A stretch of 63,286 bases of DNA, filler included, from Globobulimina sp. (GCA_003354225.1; 47 parts of 47 records of this genome joined end to end with filler, not necessarily neighbours in it); one strand, 5' to 3'; counted from the first letter of the whole stretch, positions 37,775-51,254 are shown. Program-made: numbers and translations. The notes: generated by a model not told the origin, from the sequence alone.

Positions 37775-39022
37775 AAATAAAAGTCGTGATGACAAGCGAA
37801 CGGTTGAGTGGAGGTTTCTCAGGGTCGCTGTTGCAGTTTGCATGAGGACTTTTTGACCTGTGGCTAATTTTCCAAATTCTTCAGCTGAGTCTGGGTTTTT
37901 CTTTCCTTCCTTTCCATCTGTTATTTCTTTAATTATTGGGGTAGCATTTGGGAACTTCTCTGGACAGAGACTGCGATGATGTCGGGATCGTGCACCACAG
38001 TGGAAACATGTGATAAAGCGTCTGCAATCTTTGCTTTCATGTCCTTCTCTGAGACAAATATGACAACGTCCAGACAACATTTTCTTTCTATCCTGAATAG
38101 TGTGATAAGTCGGACAAGTATCGGACCAATGAGGTTGTTGACAGAAGGTACATGTTGCTGGAGTTTTTCTCTGCTCAGAAGCGTATAGTGCGCTAGCCGT
38201 GGATCTGGGTTGAATTTTTGGACGAAAACCAGAACCATTTTGTGGGTTGGAATAAAAATTGCGACTGGGGGGCATTCCAGAAGGATTGAGAAATTCGGTT
38301 GCACCACTGGAAAACAAATTGGGTGAGATTGACTCATGTGATGCAATAAAGCGACCAAGGAGCTTGCGCAGTTTCTCTAATGTCCACTGTTCATCCTCAT
38401 CTACCTGCATGTTGAGCTGGTGTAGAACATCTACAGGCAATTTTGTCTTGAAAAGAGAAACTAGCATAGTGTTGTCATTGACCTGTTGAACCATGGCCTC
38501 TAAACTTCTAAAATGCTTTTCCATGTTATCGTATAATTGTCGCAGTTTAAAAACATTATTAGATACACCTGGCAAATTGGTTAAAGCAACATAATGTGCA
38601 TCAATAATATTTTGTTTTTTACCAAACCGTACTGTTAACAGGTCAATAGCGATTTGGTAGTTGTCTGCTGTAACTTGTAAACCAGAAATAGCATTAGCTG
38701 CATCCCCTGACAGTTTTGATTTCAAATATGTAAATTTTTGAGCAGCTGTTAATTTTGTCTGTGAATGTATAGCAGGTTCAAAACTGTCCCAGAACTGGTT
38801 CCACTTTAAAATACTACCTTCAAATGACTCTATGTCTAATTTTGGTAATTTAACAGAGGTACCTGGGGCTACAGGTGGTGGCGCTGCAACTGGCTGATAT
38901 GCCACCTGAACTGGTTGATTGACCTGCATTTGTTGCATCTGTTGCCGAAGGTCATGTATTTCTTGTTCCAAATGTTGTCGATTTTGATTTCCCCATTGAG
39001 TTGACGTTGTCTGTCCTCCACT
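37775..39022 (-). mobile_element. BEL/Pao LTR retrotransposon gag (DUF1759) with zinc knuckles and start of the protease
   Basis: VKLPKLDIESFEG..W.QFWDSF..AIH, KFTYLKSKL.GDA, three CCHC knuckles, VLMQTA..RLLF. Confidence 0.95.
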
Positions 39023-39122
39023 NNNNNNNNNNNNNNNNNNNNNNNNNNNNNNNNNNNNNNNNNNNNTTAATTAATTAANNNNNNNNNNNNNNNNNNNNNN
39101 NNNNNNNNNNNNNNNNNNNNNN

Positions 39123-39369
39123 TTTTGTCCCAAAGGAATAAAGAGGTTAAGTTTGAATCTCCGAATGGATTATCTTCATTGCTGTATCCATAGTAATTAT
39201 CTATTTGATTCTTTCTTATTTTTGATTGTTTGGTTAATTTCTTATTTAATCGGCGTTGTCTTCGTTCTTCTGCGGTTTCTTCGTCTTCTTCTGAGTTATT
39301 GTCTGAATCTGTTCTTCTTTTTTTGGCGACAGGTTCATCAGAAATATCAAGTTTGCGTTTCTTTGACAT
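39123..39369 (-). CDS. CACTIN: Cactin (spliceosome-associated), N-terminal part
   Basis: ETAEERRQRRL.KK and YGYSNEDNPFGDSNLTSLFLWDK. Confidence 0.85.
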
Positions 39370-39591
39370 GTTATTATTCCATATTACAGTTTTTTGTGAA
39401 GTGTTTATGTATTTTTTTAATGTACGCTTGTGATTCAAATTAAAGCAAAATAATCGAAAAAAACTAGACCAGAAACCAATTATGATAGTTCCTATTTATA
39501 TCTTAATTATCGATAGTTCCTACTACTATCACGATTTAAAATTTTTCAAAGAAAAAACCTCTGAACAATTATCAAAGTTGACAACCATACT

Positions 39592-40275
39592 ATGACTGAT
39601 ATCGACTATGAATATGCCAATCAACTTCAACAACAATTCGATGCAGAAATGTGGGATGGTGCTGAACTCCAACACCAATTTGAAAACGAGGACACCATTT
39701 TAAACATACAACCTCCGAAACCGTCCACTGTAACGTTAACATCAACCAATAACCAATGTGTATCACATCCATCCATTCCAACTCCAAATGCATGCAATTC
39801 CATTTCTGGCCAATCACATTCTGTGGCATCAAAAACAAATGCAAAGCAAATATCAATTCCTATCGAAATACGATGTTTTCAAGATTCAAAATTAAATGAA
39901 ACCACCACTTTATCTGTGATCTATCATCAAACAGTTACTATTCTATCAATTATTAAATCTACAATTTGTACGTTGCAAAATAAACACAAACCACTCAAAT
40001 TCCAATGTGTTGCGGTGAGTGGAGATGCCTTCAGTGTCGATGCAGCACATCCATCACTTTCAAAACATTCAATATCCGATTACGATAAAGACAAACTCAC
40101 TCAATGTGGCATATTAATGCATATTCAACGCACAAAATACCAACATATCATTACTCAGCAACTCATTACCTGTCAATATCTGCAAAACGCCGCATGTGAG
40201 CCTGATTCGTGTCCGATTTACCATGCAGTCAAAAACCAATATGAGTACAGACAATCTAACTTTCTTGACCTTTGA
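39592..40275 (+). CDS. Hypothetical protein divergently transcribed from cactin
   Basis: 227-codon ORF with a UIM-like DYEYANQLQQQFD start. Confidence 0.55.
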   Translation: MTDIDYEYANQLQQQFDAEMWDGAELQHQFENEDTILNIQPPKPSTVTLTSTNNQCVSHPSIPTPNACNSISGQSHSVASKTNAKQISIPIEIRCFQDSKLNETTTLSVIYHQTVTILSIIKSTICTLQNKHKPLKFQCVAVSGDAFSVDAAHPSLSKHSISDYDKDKLTQCGILMHIQRTKYQHIITQQLITCQYLQNAACEPDSCPIYHAVKNQYEYRQSNFLDL

Positions 40276-40470
40276 GTTGTTTGCTTTGCAAGAAATAATT
40301 AAATTAAGAATTAAATAATTTCTAGAGAGCTATATATAGAGAGAGGATACATATCAACTATTGATATGGANNNNNNNNNNNNNNNNNNNNNNNNNNNNNN
40401 NNNNNNNNNNNNNNTTAATTAATTAANNNNNNNNNNNNNNNNNNNNNNNNNNNNNNNNNNNNNNNNNNNN

Positions 40471-41431
40471 CACGGCTACCATTAATATGAACTCTCATGC
40501 TTATTTAGGTGATAATTCAAGCACAAATCCACTATTCTACAATTGGAATAAAGTATATTTACGATACTGCGATGGTGCTAGTTTTGGTGGAGATGCAACT
40601 GATCCCATTATTACCCACAATATAACTCAGCCATATTTATATTATCGTGGCAAAAGAATACTTGATGCAATATTCAACAGTTTAGCAGACGATTATGGTC
40701 TATCACAAGCAACCGATGTCGTGATCGGTGGTGGCAGTGCCGGCGGCTTGGCAGCTTACTTACATTTTAATTATATCGTAGATCGTTTTTTGGATCTAAG
40801 TAGAATGAAAGTGGTTGGTTTGCCCGATGTGGGATACTTTCTTGAATTTAATGGTTTTGATGGTACAAATTTTAGCAATGCCATGCAATGGGTTTACCAG
40901 CATCAAAATATTTCATATGGTATAGTGGACGCGGATAAATGTTTTATGGATAGAAAGCTGAATGCGTCGGAATGCATATTCCCACAAAATATGGCTGCTA
41001 CTATCAAGATACCAGTATTTGTGTTGAACAGTCAATTTGATTCATGGCAAATTGCATATATTTTAGGCTCGAATAATGCGACATTAATCAATGAATATGG
41101 ATATAATTTCACTCAGTTGTTGTTAAATAATTTTCTGTCATATAGTAATGAAAAAAGTGGTGTTGTGTATGGTGGATTTATTGATGGATGTTATCATCAC
41201 GGAGCTGATAATCCAATTTATTGGACTGGTATCAATATTGATGGGTATACGCAGGCAACTGCGTTTTCACAATTTTATGAACAATTGGATACTAAAACGT
41301 ATGAAAGAGTATTGTGGTATCAAAATGCATCTTATCCATGTCAAGAATGTTGTCCTCCACAATGTCAAATGTTTGAACCGTCATCATTTGGTATACAAAA
41401 TTCATATGATCCTTGCTATGACATATCATGA
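40471..41431 (+). CDS. Pectinacetylesterase/Notum-family hydrolase (5' partial)
   Basis: NPLFYNWNKVYLRYCDGASFGG, nucleophile GGSAGG, NSQFDSWQ, CYHH. Confidence 0.93.
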
Positions 41432-41832
41432 TAATTGATAAACAATTTTCTGTGTTAAAACACTGTTTGAAGTTGTTTTCAGTTCCGTGTTTAAATTTAA
41501 ACTTTTTTTTCTTCAACTTTTTGCATTCCTATCCATGCAATCTGCATCATCAATATAATAATGACATACTGAATCCATTACCTTGTTTAAACGTTAGCAA
41601 GTAGTGCAACTGTGCAAGGATACGAACAGTAGAAATAAAAAAAAAGAGCCTCCAATTATCAACCTGATAAAAATTATTGTAATACAAATTATATGTAATT
41701 AATTAATTGACACACAAANNNNNNNNNNNNNNNNNNNNNNNNNNNNNNNNNNNNNNNNNNNNTTAATTAATTAANNNNNNNNNNNNNNNNNNNNNNNNNN
41801 NNNNNNNNNNNNNNNNNNTACAAAATAAAAAT

Positions 41833-41917
41833 CCCCGCCGCAAGCAACGGGGTATTATAATTAGTTTATCACAGACGCCGCAAGCGGCGGGGTATTTAAC
41901 CCTCGCTTCGCAATAAA
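41833..41917. repeat. Two GC-rich palindromic (REP-like) repeats
   Basis: CCCCGCCGCAAGCAACGGGGTATT at 41833-41856 and CGCCGCAAGCGGCGGGGTATT at 41876-41896. Confidence 0.75.
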
Positions 41918-42716
41918 GAATGATCATTTAGATCTGAGATTTTTAAAAATACGATTGAGAAAAGATAAATTTGATAGGTTCGTTGTTTTTTGGTCCGGTT
42001 TCGCTTCTCTCTACGGACCTACAACTACTGAATATGAATGTTGAATATTTAGTACAATAAATAAATGGTGTTCTGCGTATCTTCAATGACTGTGCCAGTC
42101 CCGATCACATCAACGCAACAATTGTCGCAGCGACGGGCCCCGGCTGCGACTTTACAAACCCTCAAGGAATTCAGCACCGTTTTCAGAAACTCCGCCCCCG
42201 TCGACTCCTCAGCCAATCATTGTCCGTCGTTTACTTTTTGCGGCCGTTTCACCTCTGCCGTTTGTCAAAAAATAAAAATAAATAAAAAATAATATTATTT
42301 CCTGAAATTGGGCTAACTTTTCTACTCCAAAAACGAAATGACATTTATCAATGTATGGATATGTGGGAGAAGGATTGAAAAACTGAAACAACCTACTACA
42401 ATACAATATTTATATGGCCAACTATGCCATAATAGAGTTTTATTTAGGGAAAGAGTGCACGTTGGCTGCTGCACGACTGAATTTCTTGTGTTCTGTGATT
42501 TCTGTTATTGTTCTAAAATGACAACAGCTTTACAATCAAATGTTTTATATCACGTCATGACCAGATTAACAACTAAACACAAAAACTATCAATTTTCAAT
42601 GTTGCAAAATAACAAAGAAACATGGAAAGTTGCTACATACGACTACAAACAAATATGCATAAGGAAGTTACATAATATAGAGATTATGTTACAAACGTTT
42701 TATCTATGTTATTTCA

Positions 42717-42974
42717 CTAATGTCCTGCTCCGTGTGGCTTTGCATTTGGTCGGTTTTGAGAAATATTCAAGTATAAGTTCCGTTTTCTTTTCACAGCCCT
42801 TTTAGTCGACGCCATAGCTCTCCTACCATTTCCACTATCGATAGCACCGCCAGCAGGCCGTTTGCGTGGAAGTGCTTTCATTCCTCTACTCACTCCTTGA
42901 CGCCGACGCGAAATCGAGATTGGTTGGACATTTATTTTCTTTCCTGAATTGAATGAATAACGTCCATAATCCAT
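42717..42974 (-). mobile_element. C-terminal remnant of a MULE/SWIM-like transposase
   Basis: INVQPISISRRR.GV.RG and KRKRNL.LNISQNRPNAKPHGAGH*, recalled as the conserved tail of an invertebrate transposase family. Confidence 0.5.
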
Positions 42975-43363
42975 TAATAATACAAGAAGAATGAAATTAA
43001 CATTTTACATTCAAAATAGCGCGATAAAATAAGAATAATAATAATGGTTATTGAGTGAGAGGAGATNNNNNNNNNNNNNNNNNNNNNNNNNNNNNNNNNN
43101 NNNNNNNNNNTTAATTAATTAANNNNNNNNNNNNNNNNNNNNNNNNNNNNNNNNNNNNNNNNNNNNAGCCACAAAACAAAATAACGAGTAGTATGAGTAT
43201 GAGTAAAAAAATAAAGAACAATACACATAGATAAGAGTTGATACGATAAACACTCAGCAAACTACAAACACAAAATTGACACACAACAAAGTCAACAAAA
43301 AAACAAACATACACAACACAACACAACAAAACTAGACTAAACTAATACAGAGTTAAGAGTTTA

Positions 43364-44290
43364 TTAAAAAAAAGCCATGGTGCCATGAAAAACACCACCA
43401 ATCGCAATAACATATTTGGGTGAAATATATCCAAATATCAAACTAAACGAGTAATCGTATGCTTTGCCATCAATCACCAACCAATCCTTTACCAATGGAT
43501 CAATCAATGGCATCAATAATAATTTCTTCAAACTCCTAATCATAACATGACTACTTTTAATACTACCAAACGGTCCATTGTTGAGATCGAATATATTATC
43601 GAACGATTTCGTTTTTTTCATTAACACATCCAACCACGATCCGACTTTCACATAATGCGATCTGAAATGGTTTACTTTATCTAAATTGAAAGAACGACTC
43701 ATGTTTCTTAAATTTTTCCTATTTATCGGTTTGGAAATAATTGCATTCATTGCATATTTATCCGTGCTATGATCTTCTCCGACAAATCCAGTATATTTAT
43801 GCAAGAGATCGAACATTAATTTCTCGCGCACACATAAATGGAATAGAATTGTATTATGATTGTATTTATTTAATAATGACCGACTTACAACTTTACGAAT
43901 ATCAAAGACCTGAATCATAGGGATCCATATTGGAGTATCTTCAGTGTCCTCTAACATCATTGAATTGGACCAATTTATATATTTAATATACTGTTTTTTC
44001 AATTTTTGATAATTCTTATCGTATTCTTTGGTGATGCGTTTAAATAAATATCTGGCGTCAAATAAATCTGACTCAGTGTGGTTGATGTTTTTCAATGGAG
44101 AAATGGATAATAAATTTGTAATGGATTCGTTATCCAAATAAGACATTAATACTTTCAAACAGACTGCAATGCAATGTTTCAAGCTCTCGTTTTCATCTAA
44201 TATTTCACCCGCGGAATTATTTTGTTCTTTAATAGTCTCTTTAACAGCCATTACCACAGACTCTACCAACAAATTGTAAGACGTCGACAT
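43364..44290 (-). CDS. Hypothetical protein (complete, intronless)
   Basis: 308-codon ATG-to-TAA ORF; no motif recognised. Confidence 0.7.
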   Translation of the reverse strand: MSTSYNLLVESVVMAVKETIKEQNNSAGEILDENESLKHCIAVCLKVLMSYLDNESITNLLSISPLKNINHTESDLFDARYLFKRITKEYDKNYQKLKKQYIKYINWSNSMMLEDTEDTPIWIPMIQVFDIRKVVSRSLLNKYNHNTILFHLCVREKLMFDLLHKYTGFVGEDHSTDKYAMNAIISKPINRKNLRNMSRSFNLDKVNHFRSHYVKVGSWLDVLMKKTKSFDNIFDLNNGPFGSIKSSHVMIRSLKKLLLMPLIDPLVKDWLVIDGKAYDYSFSLIFGYISPKYVIAIGGVFHGTMAFF

Positions 44291-44514
44291 TCTTCAAGAG
44301 TTTAATAGTATTATACACAAACCAACTATAAAACTTTCAAGTTTTTCAGCAAGTCGGTCACATCGTAAAATGGCGTTAGATTTAGCACAAGGATCCATCG
44401 GCATGCAATACAAANNNNNNNNNNNNNNNNNNNNNNNNNNNNNNNNNNNNNNNNNNNNTTAATTAATTAANNNNNNNNNNNNNNNNNNNNNNNNNNNNNN
44501 NNNNNNNNNNNNNN

Positions 44515-45391
44515 TAAATTTGGTATATATATTTTGGACAATGTTTTAATAAATGCAACAGCATTATTATATGGTGGACATTTTACAATGTTGGTGATTT
44601 TATTATTTGGCAGAGTTTATTATGTGTTTCTAAATAGTCAATTTCAATTAAAACGCAACACATTAATTATATTTTTTTGTTTGTTAACATTTGGTCTCAT
44701 TGATGTTGTATTTTTTGGGTATGCCATATTGTTCGATAATAAAAAAATAAAAGATATATCCTACATTGCAGGTACATTCGCCATTGATTTTGCTGTCATT
44801 TGGATTGCTATTTTATATGTTTACAAATTATTTCAAGTCATTAAAACAACGACAAAGTATTCAATTAAAAGGAGAAATTCAGTATCGTCAGCTACAACGC
44901 TTTCTCGTACACGGTCGAAATCAGCAACAGAAACGGCAACAAAATCGCCGAATGATGCGTTATTAGAAACGATTACAAAATATACAGTTTTATCTGCAGT
45001 GTCTATATTATTTAGCATGTGTTTCTGGGTCATACCGTATGTGGGATCGACTCTAAATTGGTTTGTCTATGTAATATTATATAATTCTTTTATGTGGTTG
45101 GATATCACTACAAATGTGTTAGCGTTTACTATGGGATATAAATTTGCTTATAAGTTATATATTAAATTATGTCGATGTCCCGATAAAATTTGCAAACTTT
45201 GTTTTGAATGTTTAGTGGTTTATGCAATCAAAGATAAAAAATTGAATCAGAAGACAAAAGGAACGAGCCATACGGGACAAAATTCACCAAAGATAGTATC
45301 ATCACCACCTGATATTATAAAAGTGAAATCATTGGAGCTAATAGTTGTTGATCCACAAGAAATTGAAATTGTCTATGATGAACATTTATAA
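44515..45391 (+). CDS. 7TM GPCR-like membrane protein (5' partial)
   Basis: LFGRVYYVF, LYVYKLFQV, TKYTVL, LDITTN, YIKLCRC; five or more TM helices. Confidence 0.7.
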
Positions 45392-45862
45392 GTTACTAGT
45401 TTGTTTTTTAGTGATTGTGTTTTGTAAATTCTAGCTGGTTTATCTGTTTGTGTATGTGTGATGTGTGATGTGTGTCTTGTGTTGGTGTTGTTTATTGTTC
45501 GAGACAAGTCCGACTCCGTTTAGCAGAGTTTGCTAATAAACCATTATAGAGTACCGCAACGTGTTCAGTTACATGCTTTATTTTTTAGTCATTTTTTAGT
45601 CATTTTTTAGAAAGGAAATGGATACAAGTCATACAACTAACTTTTTTGTCTTGGACCCTTGGTTTTTGGGTATTCCATTTGCATATATTTCATTCAATTA
45701 TACATTGTTCTGGATTTGCAAACCCAAAACAAAGTTATAGCAAACTGTTTATGTATAAAAATNNNNNNNNNNNNNNNNNNNNNNNNNNNNNNNNNNNNNN
45801 NNNNNNTTAATTAATTAANNNNNNNNNNNNNNNNNNNNNNNNNNNNNNNNNNNNNNNNNNNN

Positions 45863-46445
45863 AACTCTGATTCTCGTCACTGTTTTGACTATATTCATTA
45901 TCCACTATTTCCACAATATTCGGAAGGGAATATCCATTTTGATAATGACTGATATTATAATTATAAGCAACATATCGCTGGTTTTGTTGCTCATAATTCA
46001 TTGCAATTGGCCATGGTGTCGGGGTCTGTGCTTTTTGATCATGACAATTTTGCCTATTATTATGAAATAATATTGGTTTGGAGCTCGAGGCGACTGTTTT
46101 ATTTGCAATTGTTTGTCTGTTGCGTTTTTTCATTGCTTTTTTTTGAGTTAAATGATTTTGAATGTCTTTTTTTGATATTTTCGTTTTTGAATGATAAGCA
46201 CGAACGCGTTTCTTCATCTGTTTGATTAATTGCTTTTCATTTTTGATAATAAATTGATATTCTTTTTTAAATTCCTTATATTTGAACACCCGCTTAATGT
46301 CTTTGTATACAATCTCATCCCAAGAATGCAGCAAAGCCAATGATTTCCAACCAACGAATGCATATTTAACATTGTCTTCAAATGGTTTTAATAAAATTGC
46401 ATCCAAACCAATCATGATATCGTCAATACAATTAACATTTGCCAT
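45863..46445 (-). CDS. Hypothetical protein (3' truncated)
   Basis: ATG-initiated ORF of about 195 codons. Confidence 0.5.
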
Positions 46446-47210
46446 GATGCTATTGCTTGTTATTTATATTTCGAGTTGTTTCCAACAGGCATTAGATTAG
46501 ATTTTCATATTCAGAAATCGCAAAAACTGTGGCTTAGAAATTTATATATATATCACAGCTCAGAACTTCAATTTTCTTGTTTAACTTTATCGACAGGTAC
46601 TCATTATAACCTGTTATTTTGTATATGAAATCCCAATATTGATTTAATTTGATTATTGCTTACGATCACAAACATTGCAAAGGAAACAGGACATTCTATA
46701 ATATATTTCAGAAACTATTATCTTGAGATTTCATATACAGAAAATGTAATAAATGTAATATTTAATAAAATATATAACTTTTACAACACAGATTTAAGTT
46801 TCGAAGACAAAGAAAACCCTCCATCCAAACTGATTAATTGCCCAGTTTCTCCATCCAAACTGATTATGGCCTCATTTCGCTGCAAAAGATCACAAAATAC
46901 TGCTTCGGAGTAAAGTGAATCGAAATGATTATGGCGGATATTCGCAGTTTGATCTTTTCATTAAAAGTCCGAAATATTTAGATTTGAAACAAGAAGTTTT
47001 GAGTAACAAAGATAATGAGGTTGGGATTGATGAATATAACTCGGTTATTATTAAAACAAACCAATTTATGCAAACACACAAAGTTAAAAAAATAAAATGT
47101 AGATTCTATGNNNNNNNNNNNNNNNNNNNNNNNNNNNNNNNNNNNNNNNNNNNNTTAATTAATTAANNNNNNNNNNNNNNNNNNNNNNNNNNNNNNNNNN
47201 NNNNNNNNNN

Positions 47211-48458
47211 ATAATTCGGGTAATCAATATCGAAAAGGACGAGGTGGTGGAAATAGACATGGAAACAACAGAAACAATGACAATAAAACAAGTAATAAAT
47301 CGGGCAACGATACGTCAAGAAATAATAATCGCCGTCCTTCCTATGCCAATCGTCCAGATTCTTATTATCAATCATCGGACAATATGGCGTTACTACGTAA
47401 TGTCACATGGGATTGCATGTCTGAATATGGCTCAACATGCCCCAGTGATATTTGCATGTTTAAATTTGCATTTGATGATTGTAAAAATCCGCGCAAACAA
47501 TGTGAACCATCGCCGGATGCCCGCTTCAAACATAAATGTGCCTTCCATCCCGATCAAGATCATCCATTTAAAGATTGTCCGACAGCCAAATCAAAACCTA
47601 ATATTTACAAGAAATTTGTGGCTAAATTTAACTCCATTCGATTCTAAGCAATTGAATAATATTAACTCTATCTATTTAAGTATTTGTGTGTGATGTGCGC
47701 CTATAATAAGTATATTACACTTTATACACTTAACTGACATTAGCACCACATCTTGCTTCCAAACTCTGCCTACCGTACCGAACACATTATAAACTCCTAC
47801 ATTTGACTAAAGTGGGTTTTTGACACTCTACTTAGAATACGATCCGCAGTTTGCTGCCAAACTGAAACCTAAATTACAAAGGTTGACGCAGCTCCACTAT
47901 GAACCCTCCAAATATAAGAATAGTTTTAATATTCCTGCATTTGTTAAATATCTGCAAGGAAAACCAAATGCGAAATCCGATATTAAATGGATTTCTGTAG
48001 GCTTCCCGCTGTGGTTAGAGACACACTTTAAATCCAAACAACAAAAACAAACGCACGTAATCCACAGCAACCTATCCACGAAAATATCCAATATTGTTAA
48101 TACTCCGCAGGAAGCCCTGGCAATCTTAGATAAAATGATTGCGGAAGCTGAAAATGGCCAAATTGAACCATTTTTTGGTGCACCAAAATATATGATAATG
48201 ATATTTTGCACCCCGAAGAAGGATGGGCAAGGTCGATATACTAAATACAGAGTCATCAGAAATGGTTCCTACAAAACCAAATCAACCTATTCTATAAATG
48301 ACTTAATTCGCCCAATAAAATGTAAAATGCCATCCCTTCCCAACCTTAAACAATATATAAAAGTATTAATTGATTGCAATTTCTTTGCAATCAGAGTTTT
48401 GTCTGACTTCTTTCGCCAAATCGGACTTTGCGAAGAAGACAGTAACTATATATGCTAT
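47211..48458 (+). mobile_element. DIRS/Ngaro-type retrotransposon: gag C-terminus (47213-47647) and RT N-terminus (47820-48458)
   Basis: Cys/His-rich gag end (C..FKHKCAFH..DH..DC); RT with GFP, EAENGQI, PKKDG..KYRVIRNGSY, SINDLI, SDFFRQI. Confidence 0.85.
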
Positions 48459-48558
48459 NNNNNNNNNNNNNNNNNNNNNNNNNNNNNNNNNNNNNNNNNN
48501 NNTTAATTAATTAANNNNNNNNNNNNNNNNNNNNNNNNNNNNNNNNNNNNNNNNNNNN

Positions 48559-49127
48559 TGTTTATAAGCAGCATATAAAATATGATCTGTTCCTTTCAAT
48601 ATTGTTTCAAACAAATTATTCAATAAATCCATAAAGGTTCCATCAGATTTATATCTAATTGAAATGGTCGCGCTTCTATTCTGGGTTAAATCAAATGGCA
48701 ATGGACCTTTATTAGGTTCATGAACGTGAATGATTGTTGTTTTAGAGGTTGGTGAAAAAGATTCTGTATCATATAATACTACACGGCACTGGACAGACAA
48801 TTGCAAATGAGCAACATTCGCAGTAATTGGATCATTGCCTTTCAGAATGGTGCCGTTGGTCATCAATTCAACATGTTTTGGTTGAATAATATTATCAAAA
48901 AATCTGCATATTTTTCGCTTCAACCATATTGCTGGCGAGTTATAATTCATTTTTGTTTCAAACCGCCAAGACCTATACCAATAAATACCTCCATTGAGCT
49001 CAAATTTCTTATTATAATCTGTTTGAAATACAGCTCTTTCATCATCATCAAATCGCGTTTGATAATAACTGGCAAAACATGACTGCAATACTTTTGAGCC
49101 CACAATCTGAACAGTAATATCTCTCAT
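48559..49127 (-). CDS. Hypothetical protein (partial)
   Basis: About 190-codon ORF. Confidence 0.45.
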
Positions 49128-49907
49128 ATTCGAATGAAACCGATTTGCAAAATGTTCAAAATATTCTTCTTTCTCTTCGTAATGACGTAATAATTGCTTC
49201 GATCAGGAAATCGAATTAAAAATAATCGAATTGTTACAATTTTAATTAATGTTTCAAATATTTTTCAACAAATTATATGTGTGATATTGTCAGATTTAAG
49301 TTATCGAGTAAAATATTAAAAAGTTTCGAATTCGTGTTCGATATTTGCCCCTCATTCGCGACTTCATTTGTTTCTGAATATTATATCCGATACAAACAAA
49401 TCTGACAAACACACCGATAATTTTTAAAAGAATTTTGAAATTCCATTATTTTTAATTCATGTATATACTTACTGTACTACCTTAAATTCAAAATTATCTT
49501 CAAAAAACATTGAATGACTTGTGTTGAGCTGGAAAGTATACATATTTTGATCAAGCTTATCACGAACACTGCGAACATAGCCCACAAAATCTCTCACATA
49601 TTGTGGTGGTTTAGATGTTTGCTCCCAAATTATTAATTTTTCATGATGCGTAACAGAAATATCGATTTTGCTAAGAATCTCACTAAGATTATGATACCAC
49701 GAATCATCAACGTGTGTGTTAATATAATTATTTTCAATGTAATTTTGAATATCACTGAACTTGGTTCCCATCGGATTGTATAAAATAAATTGAACAATGT
49801 TTGAGGNNNNNNNNNNNNNNNNNNNNNNNNNNNNNNNNNNNNNNNNNNNNTTAATTAATTAANNNNNNNNNNNNNNNNNNNNNNNNNNNNNNNNNNNNNN
49901 NNNNNNT

Positions 49908-50714
49908 TCAAACACAGCAGATCACTCTCAACCTATTCCACCACCAGCAACTTCTGTAGCAGTAATCACTGACATTCAACCAACATCACCATGCCAACCA
50001 GCAGGACCTGGTCAACCAACAACACCATCCAATGGTTCTCAATCCACTGTTTCCCCATCCACTGTTTCTCCATCAACTGTACCAGGACCACAAACATCAC
50101 CTGGTTCACCTATCCCATTTGCTGACGTTCCTGTGTACCTACCACCAGTTGCGGAACCACCACCTCCTCAAACCATGGTAAATCTAACAGAAGTTGAAAT
50201 TCGTTCTGTTCAACCGACAGAAACCTATCAAGAGTTACATGAATTGTGTACCAGTCATTCTGCGTTGGAAGATGAGAGACTCCGAATTCAGACAGTTATG
50301 GCGGGAGTGATATTTTTGGATGCTCGTGCGCGTGAAATAAGCATTAGTAGTGTAATGCAGTATATTTCGGCGAACGTACGTCTTTCTCAGGTTTTAGTCC
50401 CTTTGTTCTTATCTGCTTATGCACATTCGCGGCGTTTGGAAGTCAATGAATGGGGTTTGGGAGCACCTGGTCCTTGGCCATCTACTGACATGCATTCCAC
50501 ACCACGCGTACACCTTTCAAATCATAACAATCTCGATACCGCGAGATGTCACTTGCTGACGCGAGACTGCTTGACTCATGCTCAGAGTCTAAAAACACTC
50601 AAAAACTCTGAGCTTGACTCATGCTCAGAGTCTAAAAACACTGAATATTACTTAAGACAACACAATGGTGATACTTTCCCTTTACTTTGTCCATGCGATC
50701 ATAAAAATTGTTAA
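49908..50714 (+). CDS. Pro/Ser/Thr-rich hypothetical protein (5' partial)
   Basis: Frame open from the contig start; 30-bp direct repeat CTTGACTCATGCTCAGAGTCTAAAAACACT near the 3' end. Confidence 0.5.
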   Translation, partial: SNTADHSQPIPPPATSVAVITDIQPTSPCQPAGPGQPTTPSNGSQSTVSPSTVSPSTVPGPQTSPGSPIPFADVPVYLPPVAEPPPPQTMVNLTEVEIRSVQPTETYQELHELCTSHSALEDERLRIQTVMAGVIFLDARAREISISSVMQYISANVRLSQVLVPLFLSAYAHSRRLEVNEWGLGAPGPWPSTDMHSTPRVHLSNHNNLDTARCHLLTRDCLTHAQSLKTLKNSELDSCSESKNTEYYLRQHNGDTFPLLCPCDHKNC

Positions 50715-51254
50715 GAGTACATTTTATGAGTAATATCACGACTATCCTTGCACAAATATTTCGTTTTCGTCATCCTCGCACATACTGCGATGCAGTCACA
50801 AAAATACACTTCAAATATGTTACAGTTTCCATAATTCATAATTTTTGATTGTTTGTTTCTTGATAAGTTTGGATTTAGGCACGTTTCCAATAGCAGTGTA
50901 CGGTCTGTTATAGTGAAACTATATTCACACTATACTTTTTATGTTGCAATAGAAATAGTAATAAAAAACAAACAAAAAATTGTGCAATAAAGAATTTTGC
51001 GTTACTACTATATAATACTAATAGTAGTAAACAAGACATACAAACTAAAATATAATAACATCAATAAAAAAACGAAAATTTGTTAAAAAACACATCAATT
51101 TGCAATGATAATTAATTTATTTTTTTTAATTCCTTCCATAATATGCTACATAACNNNNNNNNNNNNNNNNNNNNNNNNNNNNNNNNNNNNNNNNNNNNTT
51201 AATTAATTAANNNNNNNNNNNNNNNNNNNNNNNNNNNNNNNNNNNNNNNNNNNN

